Counted from the stretch's first letter, positions 1 through 14,129 are shown. The stretch: DNA of 64,000 bases from Octopus vulgaris (GCA_951406725.2 CATOCA020000016.1:1-64000), one strand, 5' to 3'. The notes: generated by a model from the letters alone, not told the origin. Numbers and translations: made by a program.

Positions 1-374
1 CATGCATACCTCCTTTTAGTTTCCTTCTTTTCTTTTTTTATTATTCTACAAGTTTTCTCTTCGTGCTCCGTCTTTTTCTCTCTTCCCTCTCTCTCTCTAT
101 GGCCGCAAACATAAGGTTTTAAAGGAGGCGTGACGTAATGGGGACTTCCTTGATATGATGCTTTGTCTTCTGTTTTATATGACATGCGAGGTTGTTTATC
201 ATTTGCATAACTGGAAAAAGTGTATATATATATATATATATATATATATGTGGATCTTCAACATCAACTGTATTTATTGTGGGACTCTGATCATGTGCAA
301 AGAATGATTGCAAAGTATTTCTGAAATAGTTACGTAATTAGTTACGTAATAGTTACGTAATAGGGTAATTTGAG

Positions 375-411
<37 letters not shown>

Positions 412-422
<11 letters not shown>

Positions 423-740
423 ATATCAAAGGGTAATCTGAAATATTACAAATTTCCATTACCAGAGGCCTAGCGTGTAAAAAATTTAGTCAATAGACTA
501 TATATTATTCATATAAATACAGTGTACATTTAAATACAAAATAGGTATCCATCATAGAACTACCTGCACGGTAGAGAGGACAGTTAAATTTCAAACCACT
601 ATTAGGGATAAAATTTCGAATGGACGGAAAAATAAAAACAATTACCATCTAACTCCTGGACCAATGGTTTCAGACTTTTTTTATCAAATAAAATCATTTG
701 CTAGGCGAAGACTTCTTCAGCAGGTACACCTTAGATTAAT
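412..740 (-). mobile_element. Short non-coding insert between (TA)n tracts carrying a hammerhead ribozyme (probable PLE pseudo-LTR remnant)
   Basis: Unique sequence bounded by TA-rich microsatellites on both sides; contains the HHR at 655-724. Confidence 0.6.
655..724 (-). ncRNA. Type I hammerhead ribozyme
   Basis: Minus strand: cctg-CTGAAGA-agtctt...aagtct-GAAA-ccattgg-TC-cagg; stem I cctg/cagg, stem II with one mismatch, stem III acca-t-tggt, GUC site. Confidence 0.7.
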
Positions 741-802
741 ATATATATAATATAATAATATAATATAATATAATATAATATAGTATAATATAATATAATA
801 TA

Positions 803-868
<66 letters not shown>

Positions 869-1134
869 CAATATAGAAATAATGAACTTTTAAAAAAAAT
901 TCTATCGGCCAGCTTCCCTCGATTTCAGCTCTACGTGTTTTTCTGTAGCGAGTAAATATGCGGAAATTGACGATTTAAAAGTCTGTTAACAGCATATTGG
1001 CATAGAAATAATTTTCTTTAGCCCTTATTTATAAGTTGTTTATAATTTTAACCTTAAAGGTATTTTAATATGCTGCCACATTTTTTGATGGAATTTTTTT
1101 CTGTAAAAAGACTTCATCCTATATTAGTAGTATA

Positions 1135-1182
<48 letters not shown>

Positions 1183-1190
1183 GTATATAT

Positions 1191-1338
1191 TACGAGCTTC
1201 TACATGGTTTCTCTCTACTAAAGTCGCTCACAAGGCATTGGTTGGCCCGGGGCTAGAGCTGAAGACACTTGCCCAAGTTGCCAAACAGTAGGACTGAACC
1301 CGGAACTACATGGTTGCAAAGCGAGCTTCTTAACCACC
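1191..1338 (-). mobile_element. SINE family A, diverged 5' half
   Basis: Similar to full copies (gaagacacttgcccaag, ggactgaacccggaac). Confidence 0.75.
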
Positions 1339-1342
1339 CATC

Positions 1343-1477
<135 letters not shown>

Positions 1478-2135
1478 TATAACCCTAAATCATGCACTAC
1501 TTTATACATCATCGCACCCCATCTTTGACTGAAACGTATTCGTTCAGTTGTAAAACATCATTTTACTCTTCGCTCTTCCATTATTCATTTCCCCAATATG
1601 CCTTCATTGTGAACCAATGGTTTTAAGAGACTTTTTGCACTTTATACTTCCTCGTTTGAAACGTTGGATTCATCTCTGTTTCTTCCTTGCAGCATAAAAT
1701 TAATCATCTTTGCTGCGTTATTTTTTTCGTTCTTGAAGTTTTTGATATTTGAAGACATTGACCTACCTATGATAAAGTCACTGAAAGTATATGGAATCAA
1801 AAGAATGCAGCTTAATGGAATTTTCACCAACACCTTATTGTATTTCCTCTCATTAACGCAAACACACATACATACACACACATGCACACACGCAGACACA
1901 GAGACTCATTTACACTCACACACATACATTTACACGTAAATACACACACATATAGACTTATACTAGATTGCACATGCCAACACATCCCGAGACTCGTACA
2001 TACATACTCTAACACACTTGCACGTCTTCCACGTAGTTACATCATTGCAAACGCGCACACTCTCGATCATGGACATACATACATACATACACACACACAC
2101 ATATATATATATATTTTATTATTTACACTTAAATA

Positions 2136-2203
<68 letters not shown>

Positions 2204-2206
2204 TAT

Positions 2207-2300
<94 letters not shown>

Positions 2301-2709
2301 ATATACATATATATATATAAAGGCACACGGTGTGAGATGGATTGCTAGATAAATTTTGTATTACATTAACGAACTTTTGAGAAGGAAGTTTCTAATTAAT
2401 ACTTGCCTTTAAAAATTTTTGGATTAAAATCCTGCATGTTTTTCTACGATGGGAATGAGGAAATCCTAAATGTCACACGGAGAATACATAAATCATTGGC
2501 CAATTGAAGCGAAGGATTCCTTTCATCACGTTATCTTTGATTACAAGCTTGGATGAAGATTTTTCATCCGCTGTTTTTCTACGCATGATAAAGAAAACTC
2601 CATAGGAGTTGTAATCGACTTTAATGTAACTTAATGAGCTCTGGAAAAGAATTCTCGCCTTTTATAACAAGAATAACAACAATAATTGCAAAAATAAAAA
2701 AAAATATAA

Positions 2710-2765
<56 letters not shown>

Positions 2766-2833
2766 GTAATAATAATAATAATAATATAATAATAATAATT
2801 ACGACGACGACGATGATGATGATTATAATAATG

Positions 2834-2897
<64 letters not shown>

Positions 2898-3526
2898 CGT
2901 TGACGATGATGATGAGGTTGATGATGATGATGATTATGATGATGATGATGATGATGGTAATAATATTAATAATAATGACGTGAAACGGAATTTAGTTACT
3001 AAAATCATAAATTCTTTTACCAATTAGACCGTTATTTTGAACTGCATAAAATGTTACAACGTTTTACTTGCAGCAATAACCATAAAATTGATAATTTCGA
3101 TTTCTTTTCATGTAACACATGACCATGTAGTTTTTTTTCTCTATTTTTATTTTATTTTTATTTTTGTTTTTGTTTAGGAGTGGCAAGTGGGAAGGTTTGA
3201 CGCACATACATTTGTCAAGGACGTTATTATTAGGACGATGGAAGGGCAGAATTAGTAACGCGTCAGATAACATGACTTGCAGTATTTAGATACATGCCTT
3301 GACATTCTTAGTTCAAACCTTAACGCTGGAGCCGAATAAATTAATACCATTGAAATACTGGTGTCGATTGAATAGACTATGCCCATGCGCCGAAATTAAT
3401 GATGGTGTGTCTAGGCATGAAATCGGTATTAGGGTAAGTTGTTTTCCGTTTGGACATCCATAATCCAAACCAAACCGCGGTTTCAGCTAACCGTAAGTTA
3501 CACATGCATAAACACGGGCGCACATA

Positions 3527-3562
<36 letters not shown>

Positions 3563-3622
3563 TATCTTTATATATTTATATACATATCTTTATATATTTA
3601 TAGTAATATATATATATATCTT

Positions 3623-3678
<56 letters not shown>

Positions 3679-3913
3679 AAAAAATGGGATAAAATCTTAA
3701 TAAAGAAATTATCAAGTAGTTAGCGTGAAAAACCTCATAAGAGAAAAAATCTGTAAATTTTTTCACTTGAAAATATTTATTTATATTATATAGAGGGCAT
3801 TATTACACATAAATGCCGCACGCTAGGAGGGACTTTTAAAGTCATAACTACCAAATATAAACAAATCGTACCGAATGCAATTCTCGAAGCGAGTCATTTA
3901 AAAACAGAATTTA

Positions 3914-3977
3914 GCTCCAGATCACCTGTGATTTCGCAATCAACGCAGTATCCGCGTCCCTTGCTCTTCAGAGAAGC
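3914..3977 (-). ncRNA. Type I hammerhead ribozyme (antisense copy)
   Basis: Reverse complement of 4288-4351 with one stem I substitution next to the core. Confidence 0.75.
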
Positions 3978-4287
3978 GAACTCAAGATATATCATGAATG
4001 AACAAAATCAACATACCAGATAGACAACCGTCGCCTCCATCGTAGCTTATAGAACTGTTCACCCCTCATACATCTATGTAAATGGCGGGCTTGACAATTT
4101 CTTATTAAGATTTTATTCTATTTTTTAAATTTGTTCCGAAGAAGCACATTGTTACCGAAATGCAATTCGAAAAAGCCCGCCATTTACATAGATGTATGAG
4201 GGGTGAACAGTTCCATATGCTACGATGGAGGCGACGGTTGTCTATCTGGTATGTTGATTTTGTTCATTCATGATATATCTTGAGTTC

Positions 4288-4351
4288 GCTTCACTGAAGA
4301 GCAAGGGACGCGGATACTGCGTTGATTGCGAAATCACAGGTGATCTGGAGC
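4288..4351 (+). ncRNA. Type I hammerhead ribozyme
   Basis: gcttca-CTGAAGA-gcaa(gggacgcggatactgcgttga)ttgc-GAAA-tcacaggtga-TC-tggagc; canonical core, all three stems pair; predicted cleavage after 4345. Confidence 0.88.
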
Positions 4352-4747
4352 TAAATTCTGTTTTTAAATGACTCGCTTCGAGATTTGCATTCGGTAAGAT
4401 TTGTTTATATTTGGTAGTTATGACTTTAAGAATCCCTCCTAGCGTGCGACATTTATGTGTAATAATGCTCTGTATAAAATATAAATAAATATTTTCAAGT
4501 GAAAAAATTTACAGATTTTTTCTCTTATGAGGTTTTTCACGCTAACTACTTGATAATTTCTTATTAAGATTTTATCCTATTTTTTAAAATTTGCTCCGAA
4601 GAAGCACGTTGTTACCGAAATGCAATTCGAAAAAGCCCTCCATTTACATAGATGTATGAGGGGTGAACAGTTCCATATGCTACAACGGAGGCGACGGTTG
4701 TCTATCTGGTATGTTGATTTTGTTCATTCATGATATATCTTGAGTTC

Positions 4748-4811
4748 GCTTCACTGAAGAGCAAGGGACGCGGATACTGCGTTGATTGCGAAATCACAGG
4801 TGATCTGGAGC
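4748..4811 (+). ncRNA. Type I hammerhead ribozyme (second tandem copy)
   Basis: Identical to 4288-4351; predicted cleavage after 4805. Confidence 0.88.
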
Positions 4812-4919
4812 TAAATTCTGTTTTTAAATGACTCGCTTCGAGAATTGCATTCGGTACGATTTGTTTATATTTGGTAGAGTACCTCCTAGCGTGCGACATT
4901 TATGTGTAATAATGCCCTC

Positions 4920-4976
<57 letters not shown>

Positions 4977-4979
<3 letters not shown>

Positions 4980-5205
4980 GATTTGGCAGATGGAAACTGG
5001 AAGAAGCCCGTCGTATATGCATGTATGCATGTATGTCTTTGTGTCTGTGTTTGAGCCGCCCCATCACCGTTTGACAACTGTTCACCAAAAGAAACAGATA
5101 AAATAAGTACTAGGCTTTAAAAATAAGTCCTGGGGTCGATTAGTTCGACTAAAAACATTTCAAGGCGGTGCTCCAGCATGGTTGTAGTCAAATGACTATA
5201 ACAAG
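4977..5205 (+). mobile_element. SINE family A, 5'-truncated
   Basis: gtggatttggcagatggaaactggaagaagcccgtcg...ggcggtgctccagcatgg tail. Confidence 0.8.
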
Positions 5206-5223
5206 TTAGAGAATATATATATA

Positions 5224-5285
<62 letters not shown>

Positions 5286-5329
5286 TATATGTTTCTATAT
5301 ATGTAAGTGTGCATATACATACATATATA

Positions 5330-5366
<37 letters not shown>

Positions 5367-5419
5367 CATACATACATATGAATATGTACATACTTACATA
5401 TATATATACATATGTAATA

Positions 5420-5870
5420 TGTGGGCACAGGAGGACAAAGAACGTAAACAACATAAAATATGAAAACATGAAATACGAAATACGAATACATGGAATATGA
5501 ACATTTTTTGCGAATAACGAAAGAAACAAACAAATGGAAAACAAAACAAGCAACATAAAGAACGACCCTTCATCAGTTGTCGGCTGTTTTTCTAATCCGT
5601 ATTTCGAGCAATTTCCAACAAGAAACGCCTTCGACGAAACAGTTGTCCCCGCAAAGCAAATTAAATTGGTAACAAAAGTAAGACTGTGAAAACAAACAGG
5701 AAGGGCTGCTAGGCCTTAACGAGGTGAGGTGCCGAACGCGGAGGAGAAAGCTTGGACAGGAGACAGACAAGAATGCGTCTGATCCCTCCAGCTGAATCAG
5801 AAGGAAAGAAAGAATCACAAGTTAGGAGTAGAAAGAAAGATGCCCGATAGTCACGTGGGAGCAACGAGAT
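5420..5870 (-). repeat. Unclassified dispersed repeat, related to 55500-55880 in opposite orientation
   Basis: Shared motifs atttaatttgctttgcggg..actgtttc and gacaactga(t/a)gaagg..ttctttatgttgc; abuts TA-rich microsatellite. Confidence 0.6.
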
Positions 5871-5889
5871 AGGTATTTGTATCTATATA

Positions 5890-8213
5890 CACTCAGTTCA
5901 CTTTTTGCATGGTTTTTAATAACACGGTCCAACAAAAAGAACCGATTATTTTTTTGCACTATTTTTTTTTTTACTTTAACACGGTTTAAACATCTGTCCT
6001 TGTGTGACCAACGAATTTATTGCAAGTGGCAAGTAAACAATTAAGTAACATCAATCGATTATAATTTATAAAACGCTGAAATTCTCCGTAACATGATTAA
6101 GTAACAATTTAGCGAAGTAAAATAGAATCCAATCTATATTTTCGGTATAGTGATCCTCCACTATCCGGTGTGGGCAGGACCTATACACTGTACATACCTC
6201 TGGCTGCGTGTAACCGCTCCATCAGACGGCGCGCGGGAGCAGTCGTTAGCATCGGGTGTAATACGAAAGACGTGTCGCAAGTTTCATCCTCTACTATATT
6301 TTTTATTTGCCATCGTGATAGTGATAACCTACCTCAAAATATCGGTTGATACATCTAAGAAAAATAAAAGAGCATCAATTTCTTTGGAGACCAAGATCAA
6401 TATTTTGGATCGTCTTCGTAAGGGCGAAAGTGCAGCGTCCTTGAGTAGAGCTTACTGCCTGAACGAAGCTACGATAAGAACGATCAAAAGGAATTGTGTT
6501 ACCATTAGAAGATCTGTAGCTTCTGCAACAAAATTATCTGCCAAGTCGTTGTCATATACAAGAGACATGATTCAAGAAAAAAGGAGAAAGCTTTAAATAG
6601 TATAGTTAGAAGAAAACAATCAACAAAGGATACCAGTAGATGGTAAAACCATAAAACAGATGGCATTACAATTTTACAAGAAGATTAATGATCTGGAGTA
6701 ATCAAGTGCGCTACAACTGTCATGTGACAAAAAGAAGAATGAATTTGCTGCAAGTACGGGATCTCTTACAAAATTCCTTGAAAGACACGCACTGCATAAT
6801 ATAAAATTGAGAGGTGAAATTTCATTGGTAGATAAACCTGTTGCTGAAGAATTTCTTCCAAAACTAGCCCAAATAATTGAAGAAGGCGGTTACATTTCGG
6901 GTCAAGTTTTCAACGCAGATGAAACTGGTCTCTTTTGGAAAAAAATGCCAAACAGAACTTCTATAGCAAAATCAGAGAAAAGTGCCTGCGGTTTTAAGAC
7001 AGCTAAACACCGCGAAACTTTCTTATGTAGCAACGCTTCAGGAGATTGTTTGTTAAAACCGTTATTAATTATTCGATCATTTCGTTTGCGTGCAATGAAA
7101 GGCGTAGACTTAAGTAAATTACCAGTTCATTAGAGAGCCAATAAAACATCATGGATGACAGCAGAATGATTTAACAATTGCTTCGTTCCTGAAGTAAAAT
7201 GGTATATGGAAGCTAAAGGTCTTCATTTTAAAGTCCTTTTACTTATAAACAATGCACCCGGTTATCAATATCTGGAACACTCGAATGAAAAGTATTGTTG
7301 CCACCTAATACAATATCGCTGATTCAACCGCTTGATCAGGGTATAATTTCAACATTCAAATCAGATTATATCTAGCGAAAGTTTGAATATATTATAGACG
7401 AATTACAAAAAGATGGTACACTTTTAATCATTCAAGCATGGAAAAAATTGACTATAATTAATGTGTTAAATATGCTGCCCTGGTTTTATCCAAATTAAAG
7501 CCATTCACCCTAAATGCATGTTGGAGATCACTTTGGCCAGAATGTGTAAAGCCTAAAAATCTCGTATCTAATATAAATACGAACGAATTACATTCTGATA
7601 TTATCACTTTGTCACATCAGATTGGCAGAGAAGGCTTTGAAGAATTAACAATTGAAGATATTACAGAATTAACGATTGACGAAGATCCTAATGAAGAACA
7701 AATTATAGAGAGTATTTCAGAGAATGTATATGATTCCATGTTTAGTTTATAGTAGTGATGATGAAAAAATGGTTCCACTATCTACATGTACAATTCTAAA
7801 AGGTCTCTAAATAGCCAATAAACTTGGAAATCATTTTCTTACAAATGATAGCAATGTCGAACGAGCTGTGTAATTACAACGTGATTTGAAAATGATTATG
7901 GCATGTTATGAAAAATCATATAAAGAACTAACAAGAATAAAATCACAACATCTGATAACCGGATTCATATACAAAACCAGTGAAACAAAAGAAACACAAG
8001 ATGATAATTTTATTCAAGATACACATGAAGATGTATCACCATTCAGTATTTCCAGTGACGAGAGTGATTTTGCACCACCTAAAAACAACAACAGAAAGCG
8101 GGCACGTTTTATGTCTAGTAGTGACAATGAATGACCGAACGATTATGTGTACACACACACACGCACACACAGACACACAGACACACACACAGACACACAG
8201 GCACACACACACA

Positions 8214-8299
<86 letters not shown>

Positions 8300-8443
8300 T
8301 GGTATGTGAAAATTAATAGTTTTTTATTAAATATATCTGGATGGAAGCTATCCATAATTTTCATATGTACACTATTTTTTACACAGTTTTATTTTGCATG
8401 GTGGTCTCTGGACATATCTCCCGTGCAAAAAGAGAATTGAGTG
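5890..8443 (+). mobile_element. Full-length decayed Tigger/pogo-like DNA transposon
   Basis: 23-bp imperfect TIRs cactcagttcactttttgcatgg (5890-5912) and ccgtgcaaaaagagaattgagtg (8421-8443), TA on both flanks, transposase remnants inside. Confidence 0.9.
6339..8134 (+). pseudogene. Tigger/pogo transposase pseudogene (CENP-B-type HTH plus DDE_1)
   Basis: KRASISLETKINILDRLRKGESAASLSRAY HTH; VFNADETGLFWKKMPNRT DDE motif; IQPLDQGII motif near 7320; multiple stops and frameshifts. Confidence 0.9.
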
Positions 8444-8508
8444 TATATATCTATGTGTGCATATACACATATATATATGTATATATATAAGCGCACACAC
8501 ATATACAC

Positions 8509-8619
<111 letters not shown>

Positions 8620-8638
8620 TATACATATGTATATGCAT

Positions 8639-8898
8639 ATGCAGTGCAATCGTTTCATGCAACTCCATTTAATTGAACAATGCAGCTGAAGATTGCTCCA
8701 CATTTTAAATTGATGTAATGATTGCATTGTTCAATTAAATTGAGTTGCATGAAACGATCGTACTGCATTACCTCTGGATATCCTTGTTGCTTATTTTGAT
8801 TTTGATCACCTTACTTTGAAATTGTATGGATAATACAGTACTAAGTTCTGGTGTTTCAACTTAAGTACCATACTCATCTGAATCTAAATCTTTGTTAT
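8639..8898 (+). mobile_element. Fold-back HHR-bearing insert in TA-rich microsatellite
   Basis: 46-bp inverted arms at 8639-8684 and 8723-8768 (3 mismatches), then a unique tail to ~8898. Confidence 0.7.
8679..8769 (+). ncRNA. Type I hammerhead ribozyme
   Basis: aatgcag-CTGAAGA-ttgc...gcat-GAAA-cgatcg-TA-ctgcatt; 7-bp stem I, palindromic stem III acgatcgt, first stem II pair mismatched. Confidence 0.7.
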
Positions 8899-8931
8899 AT
8901 ATATGTATATGCATATAAATCTACACACACA

Positions 8932-8968
<37 letters not shown>

Positions 8969-9589
8969 GCATGCGTACATATATATATGTATATGCATGC
9001 GTACATATATATATATATATATATATATGTACGCATGCATATACATATATATGTGTGTATATACATATCCCGAGACAAAAAGGATGCCAACAAACAACAT
9101 ATGTATATGTATAATTATACACGTACATATACACATATATCTATATACACACATTAAACTTATTGATTTGCAATTTTCTAAACATAATTTATATATACTT
9201 GTAATTTCTTTTTAAAATCCTTTTGCTTTTGAACTATTTCATTCGTTTTAACGATTCACATCGACTTCAGTACATCTTTACGCTTCTCTTAATTACTTCA
9301 GTGATCTTTATTTCTCTCAGTGCTAGGTTAGAGGACATAAATAGCTACAACATAAATATCAATACCATTTTCAAACCAGTGTAAACGCAAACATACATTA
9401 TCTAGCTTTCAGTTAACACTGAACTGAATATTTTGTAACCCTGTTCCAATTATATACGTAATACAATTTCACGTGACGTTGATTACCATGAATAAAAATA
9501 ACAGAAAAAAATGTACTCTAACATAGTTAATTTATGTGGGCTGACCCAATACCTGCACACACACACACACACACATTCACACACGCATA

Positions 9590-9637
<48 letters not shown>

Positions 9638-10094
9638 TGCATATATATGTATATATATATATACACACGCATATATGCGCATGTGTGTGTGTGTGTGTGT
9701 ATACACGCACACACATATATGCGCATGTGTGCGTGTGTGTGTATGAATAATTCGTTCCATAACCGCATGACCGGAGTAGAAGAATACTCTGAAGACCCAC
9801 TTTTGAGAAGTGTTTCTAGGGCGAGCTGGCTTGTCAGAAGATCGTTGTGGGAGTTAGGCACGCAGATAAGTCCAACTAATCACTTCAGTTCAACAATACT
9901 GCAATAGCTTACGAGGATGAGAGGGCCGGGTATCTATATACAGTTAGTTAAACTGTGGATTTAGTGAGATTAGTATCATGGGTACGGATACGCAACAAAA
10001 ATAGCAACGGCATTGCAACCAATACATGATGACTGTTTCTCTTCTTCCCTAGTGAATAGGTTATTCCAGTTCTAACTTCTATATGCATAAACGA

Positions 10095-10171
<77 letters not shown>

Positions 10172-11254
10172 GTGTCGCGTTGCTCTCAGGCAACTCTGCC
10201 GTCCTGGGTCGACCTTAAGTGACTTCAACACAACCAAAGCATTCTATAGGGGTTTAGTGGAGGGGAGGTACGACGACGAGCTCGGGGCGAACCTGGACGT
10301 CGACGAGGAGTACCTGACCCGCCTGTTCAGGACGACTTTCGGGCCAGGGCCCATGGACAACTTCCAGAGATCCCTGGCCTGGCAGTGCTACCGAGAAGCG
10401 CTACCCGTTCGGGATAAGCTCTACAGACACGGCTCGAGAAACACGGGGCCGACCTGCCCGAGATGCGGTCAGAGCGACGAAACCGTTCTGCACGCACTCG
10501 TTCAGTGTCCAACAATTTCCGACCTGTGGGCTTATGTCGAACAACTGCTGTCACGTGTGGGACGAGTCGGTTTATCAGCTGAGTCTATCGTCAATATTGT
10601 CACGCCTCCTTCCTTCAAACGGGAAGGAAGAGCTATTTTCATCATCCTTGTGGCTATGGCGAAAGAATGTATCTGGTGGACGCGTCTGAAAGGTTTGGAG
10701 ACAAACACTATCCTCTCTGGTCAATCTCTCATCAACTTCTTCAAGTACCACTTGAAAAGGAAAGTGAGAGTAGAGAGGCAAGTTTTGTCTAGCGAATGTT
10801 TTAAAAAAAGATGGGTGAATGTAGCAAGAATGGCACGTATGAATGACGAAGCCACCTTGAGCATAGTCCTATGAACCCAGAAATCGAAAACAGAGAGTTG
10901 CTTATTTGAAAAAAAAAAAAAAAGAAATATAAAATGTGACATCATTGACCGAGGTTACCGTGGTCTTTTCCGTAGGCTTTTCTTTCCACGGGTAAACCTC
11001 ACCTGTCCTCCCCTTTACACTTCATATTGACATTTCTGTGATAACGATCCCTATTGATCAATTTTTTTTCCTCCCCCCTTTTTTTAAACCCCCTTTTTTT
11101 TGTCCTCTTTCTCTCCTCTTACGATCCCTTTTTATCGAAACTCCCCCTTCCTTTTTTTTTTTTTTTTTTTTTTTTTCTTAAACCTTCAAAAGAAAAGCTC
11201 TACCTTGTAATTTGTTCTATCTGTGTGCATCCCTGTGTGGCTAATAAAGAAACA
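10172..11254 (+). mobile_element. 3' end of Tx1/L1-group LINE inserted in (TATC)n
   Basis: ORF2 C-terminus, pyrimidine-rich 3' UTR, AATAAA at ~11243; (TCTA)n on both flanks. Confidence 0.85.
10257..10874 (+). pseudogene. LINE ORF2 C-terminal fragment with zf-RVT CCHC zinc knuckle
   Basis: LAWQCYREALPVRDKL...TCPRCGQSDETVLHALVQCP...W; AKECIWWTR. Confidence 0.85.
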
Positions 11255-11353
<99 letters not shown>

Positions 11354-13544
11354 GTGTCTGTCTATCTCTATAATATACGTACATATACACACACACATAT
11401 ATATATATATACACACATACATATATATTTGTATATATACTTACGCATATACATACATATACATACATGCATACATACATGCATACACAAACACACATAT
11501 ATATATACACATTCATATATATATATATACACACATACACACAGACACATATATATATATATATACATACACTCATATATATATATATATACACACATAC
11601 ACACACACATATATATATATATACACTCATATATATACACACATACATATACATATGTATATATACATACGCGTATATGCACATATACATACGTGGATAC
11701 ACAAACACATACACACATACTCTCATCCACTATTTCTTTACCATTTCACCTAAATGCTTTTGCTGTTTATATTCTAGCTTAATTTGAGTACAATATCTAA
11801 CTATAGACATTTGACATGAGTCAACGTTTAATATCTTTCCATCACAAATAATTTTTGTTACTTCTTATATAGAGTTTCTGAAATACCTATTATTATTTTT
11901 TTCATTTCTTCGTTTCTTCAGTGTCTGTCAATCATGTGATACAGACCGTTATAATTTGAATTTTCCATATTCCGTACGATATTTCATCTGTTCGTACTTT
12001 ATCGATATTTTTTTGTAACTCGATGAATTTTGCTCCTCTTTCTATCGTTTCTTTTCTTTCTTTCTTTCTTTTCTTCCAGCCTTTCTTTCCTCACATCTTC
12101 CCCCCCCATCGTATATAATATTTAGTGTATTGAAACAACTGTAACGTTGTCTGGGATTATTTCATTAATAAAAATATAGTAACTCAACATAAATAACACG
12201 CTGAGTACTTTATTGAGCTGTGGCCTCCTCGGCTTCAGTTTGAAATTTAAAACGTATCACATGAGACAAATGCTACAGCTATCTATTTTATTTATTTGAA
12301 AGTCTAAGAAGTGTATCTTGCAGACAATGTGATAATATTATAGTGTACATTGAAAAATAATTAGGAATTTTCTTATAGATCTGTTTCTGGGATGATCTTA
12401 CAGATCTGTTTCTGAAAAGAAGTCCCCTTATTCACCTACAACTTGGAGTGCCAGTAATGTAAATCGTTATGTATAAGAACAATAGCTTATTAAGATAAGC
12501 ACACAGATACAGACACACAGACACACACTTACACAAAATACACACACACATATACATATAATGCTTGGAGGTATATATGTGTACAGGTATATATGATTGT
12601 ATATACCTATATGTATCCGTACATTTCTCATTGATGCAAAAATTTCATGAACGAAGCCAGACAAAAGCACTTTCAAAAGGGAATGAAATGATGATGATGG
12701 TGGAGGTGCTGGTGGTGATGATGAAGATGATGATGATGACGATGATGATGATGATGATGATGAAGATGATGATGATGATGATGATGGCGACGATGATGAA
12801 GTCTTTATTTAATAAGCTTCATAATATCCGATGATTTTTTTTTGGAAGTTAAATAAGATTTCTTGTTTATTTTTAATTTAGTCTCTCTTTTTAAATTTGT
12901 TAATTCTGAAAGTCTCTGCATTTTTTTTTCTTTCCTTTCTGTTCTGTTTTCGCTTTCTATTTATGAAATGATAATATCTTTCCATATCTATCTGTTACAT
13001 AATCATGAAAATCAAGCGACCGAAAATATTATTTCGTTGATGTAAAAATAAAAATGAAATCAATGTCTCATTTTTTTTTCATTCAATATTACTTTTCTTT
13101 TTTTTTTGGCGGGGAAGAAAAGAAATAAAAATATGGAATATATAAAAGTGACATAAATAGAAAATAAAAAAATAGAATAGGAAAATATAAAATATTTGTA
13201 ATAAAAAGAATATTGAAATATCTAAAAAAAAAAAAAAAGCAACAACAAAATGTATGTACATACAACATCAACAATGTACAGAGAAAAAAACATTTTCAAT
13301 AAAGAACATTTTTTTTTTACTATGTAATAACAGCTGAAAAGCTACGAAATATCTAACACAAACAAGAACAACAACGCCAGCAAGAGAACTAGCAACGACG
13401 ACGACAACGATGACAACAACAACTACAACAACAACGTTGACAAAGAAACTAAGGAAACAGTGATAGACGTTATATGAACGAAATTTGATTGAACATGTTG
13501 ATAAAGATGAGATTTAAGCAGCTGATATACGTATTACATATACG

Positions 13545-13598
<54 letters not shown>

Positions 13599-13621
13599 CG
13601 TATGTTTAATAATTGTGTGTG

Positions 13622-13702
<81 letters not shown>

Positions 13703-13774
13703 GTATATATATATATATATATTGTGTTTGTGTGTTTAAATATGTCTACATATATACACACACACACGTATATA

Positions 13775-13814
<40 letters not shown>

Positions 13815-14065
13815 TATGTATGTAAATTCATAAATATACATTTATATACAAACATACATACATATACTTATATATATATACACACACATTCATGTACATA
13901 TATATATGTATGCATATGTATATCGATATATATATGTATGTATATATATATACATGCATATATATATATATGCATACATATATACATACATATATATACA
14001 CATTTATATATACATATATACATATTCAGACATACATATATATGTGTGTGTATGTATTTATATAC

Positions 14066-14129
<64 letters not shown>

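Larger units (their letters stand above)
3673..4928. mobile_element. HHR-bearing composite: one inverted partial unit (3673-4092, minus) plus ~1.8 tandem 460-bp units (4091-4928, plus), in (TA)n
   Basis: 4281-4350 repeats at 4741-4810 (period 460); 3674-4092 is the reverse complement of 4173-4591; TA tracts on both flanks. Confidence 0.9.

Noticed and set aside
287-362. ctgatca...gaaa followed by tagttacgtaa repeated three times, as a possible HHR
   Set aside because: Core mismatch and no stem I or II closure; only a short tandem repeat
890-965. Minus-strand GAAAtcg...cgaTA stem III-like motif
   Set aside because: No CUGANGA or stem I upstream
5555-5595. CTGATGA followed by a hairpin (also ctgaaga at ~55732)
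   Set aside because: No GAAA or stem III follows in either copy
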